Assembly (NCBI GenBank): GCA_020638065.1
Contig: JACKJG010000013.1
Location: 19,058 to 83,057 of the forward strand
Source of the DNA: Hyphomicrobiaceae bacterium
GTDB lineage: Bacteria; Pseudomonadota; Alphaproteobacteria; Rhizobiales; Devosiaceae
DNA length: 64,000 nucleotides
Direction of reading: 5' to 3'
The notes under the pieces: generated by a model
Seen by the model: the letters and a program-made list of their open reading frames with translations, nothing else
Told to the model about the DNA's origin: nothing
The model's database searches: none
Shown here: piece after piece, positions 63,079-64,000 of the stretch
Position numbering within the stretch: the first letter of the stretch is position 1
Layout: each line of letters begins with the position of its first letter
Made by a program: the position numbers and the translations under genes

Positions 63079-64000
63079 TCAAACGATGCTGATATCATCG
63101 TAGAGCTGAGAGACCGAACTCAGGCCCTTGATGGTGATGGATTCATTGGGCGAAAACGTCAACACCACGTTTCCATCAGCATCAAGGCTGGAAAAGTGGT
63201 AGAGCACGTCTGCGACGCTCAGGGTTCCCGACCACAATTTGTGATTGAGCACCAAAGTGTCTGTGTTGTCGGTGAAATCGAGAACGGTGTCGTGTCCGCC
63301 GCCCTTCTTGAAGACAAACAGGTCGCTGCCCGTGCCGCCGGTCAGAGTGTCGTTGCCTGCCTCGCCGTTCAGCGTGTCATTGCCGGCGCCGCCATTGATC
63401 TTGTCTTTGCCGGACCCGCCAAAAGCCTCGTCCTTTCCGGAATCACAGTTCAACGTGTCGTTGTTGTTTCCGCCGTAAAGCTTGTCGTTGCCGCCACCGC
63501 CTGAAAGCTTATCATTTCCGGCGTCGCCCTTGAGTACATCCTTCCCGCCGTCACCGCCGAGCACGTCTTTGCCGGCGCCACCCTGAAGCTTGTCGTTTCC
63601 TGCGCCGCCCCGGATTTTGTCGTTTCCGTTGTCACCTTTCACGATGTCGCGGTCCCCGTCACCAAAGAGCTTGTCGTTGCCGGCCCCTCCGGAGAACTTG
63701 TCATTGCCGTTGCCGCCCTTGACGTTGTCGTCTCCGCTTCCGCCATTGGCCGAGTCCCGGCCCCCACCCAGAACCAGTTTGTCGTTTCCGCCATCTCCCT
63801 TCACGACGTCGCTGCCTGCGCCACTCGAAAGCGTGTCCTTGCCATTGCCACCATTCAGGCGATCGTTCCCGCTGTCGCCCCAGACCTGGTCATTGCCGGA
63901 ACCGCCTTTGAGAACGTCGTTGCCGCCGTCCCCGTGAACCTGGTCGTTGCCGCCGCCGCCATCCACATTGTCCGATGCACTTCCACCGAACAACTTGTCT
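63079..64000 (-). CDS. RTX calcium-binding repeat protein, C-terminal part (5' end beyond window)
   Basis: The frame stays open to the window edge (..DKLFGGSASDNVDGGGGNDQV..). There are more than 20 consecutive GGxGxDxUx nonapeptides, then the family tail DLFVFKKGGGHDTVLDF..YDDISIV. Confidence 0.85.
   Translation of the reverse strand, partial: DKLFGGSASDNVDGGGGNDQVHGDGGNDVLKGGSGNDQVWGDSGNDRLNGGNGKDTLSSGAGSDVVKGDGGNDKLVLGGGRDSANGGSGDDNVKGGNGNDKFSGGAGNDKLFGDGDRDIVKGDNGNDKIRGGAGNDKLQGGAGKDVLGGDGGKDVLKGDAGNDKLSGGGGNDKLYGGNNNDTLNCDSGKDEAFGGSGKDKINGGAGNDTLNGEAGNDTLTGGTGSDLFVFKKGGGHDTVLDFTDNTDTLVLNHKLWSGTLSVADVLYHFSSLDADGNVVLTFSPNESITIKGLSSVSQLYDDISIV

Noticed and set aside
63079-64000. Strict 27-nt periodicity that could look like a CRISPR or tandem DNA repeat array. 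Similar periodicity occurs in every RTX block.
   Set aside because: The period equals the 9-aa GGxGxDxUx unit, in frame within a long ORF. The units are degenerate at the DNA level and have no spacer/repeat alternation, so this is not a CRISPR array.

Overview
High-GC (about 60% by eye) alphaproteobacterial chromosome segment, Hyphomicrobiales/Rhizobiales-like in gene content. Positions 1-37 kb are mostly core genes. They include the uvrD 3' end, prmA, pepP, chaC-like and ligA-recN-bamD-lpxC. A long minus-strand dcw division/cell-wall cluster follows (ftsZ-ftsA-ftsQ-ddl-murB-murC-murG-ftsW-mraY-murF-murE-ftsI-ftsL-rsmH); it lacks murD and mraZ. After it come a GNAT gene, an RNase P RNA gene (rnpB, found by eye), djlA, a sahR-like/metF operon and uxaC. 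From 38.3 kb to the window end the content is accessory. There are ten genes for RTX (GGxGxD nonapeptide) calcium-binding proteins in two convergent arrays: five tandem genes on + at 38.3-47.7 kb and five on - at 53.5-64 kb. The arrays flank a katG-oxyR-methyltransferase-MOSC-rarD block. Eight of the ten are paralogs with a signal-peptide-less N-terminal GSLRxAI cap, Gly-rich Pmp-like beta-helix repeats and RTX blocks. One of the ten is a lipase-RTX fusion and one is RTX-only (truncated by the window edge). All ten share a common ~80-aa C-terminal tail ending in acidic plus hydrophobic residues, which is typical of type I secretion cargo. Three paralogs carry near-identical ~520-bp 3' cassettes, suggesting gene conversion. 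A sulfotransferase and a LuxR-type regulator sit inside the second array. No T1SS transporter, transposase, integrase, CRISPR, tRNA or rRNA was seen. A small AT-rich orphan gene with structured flanks follows uvrD. All functional calls come from motif recognition by eye; no database search was possible.
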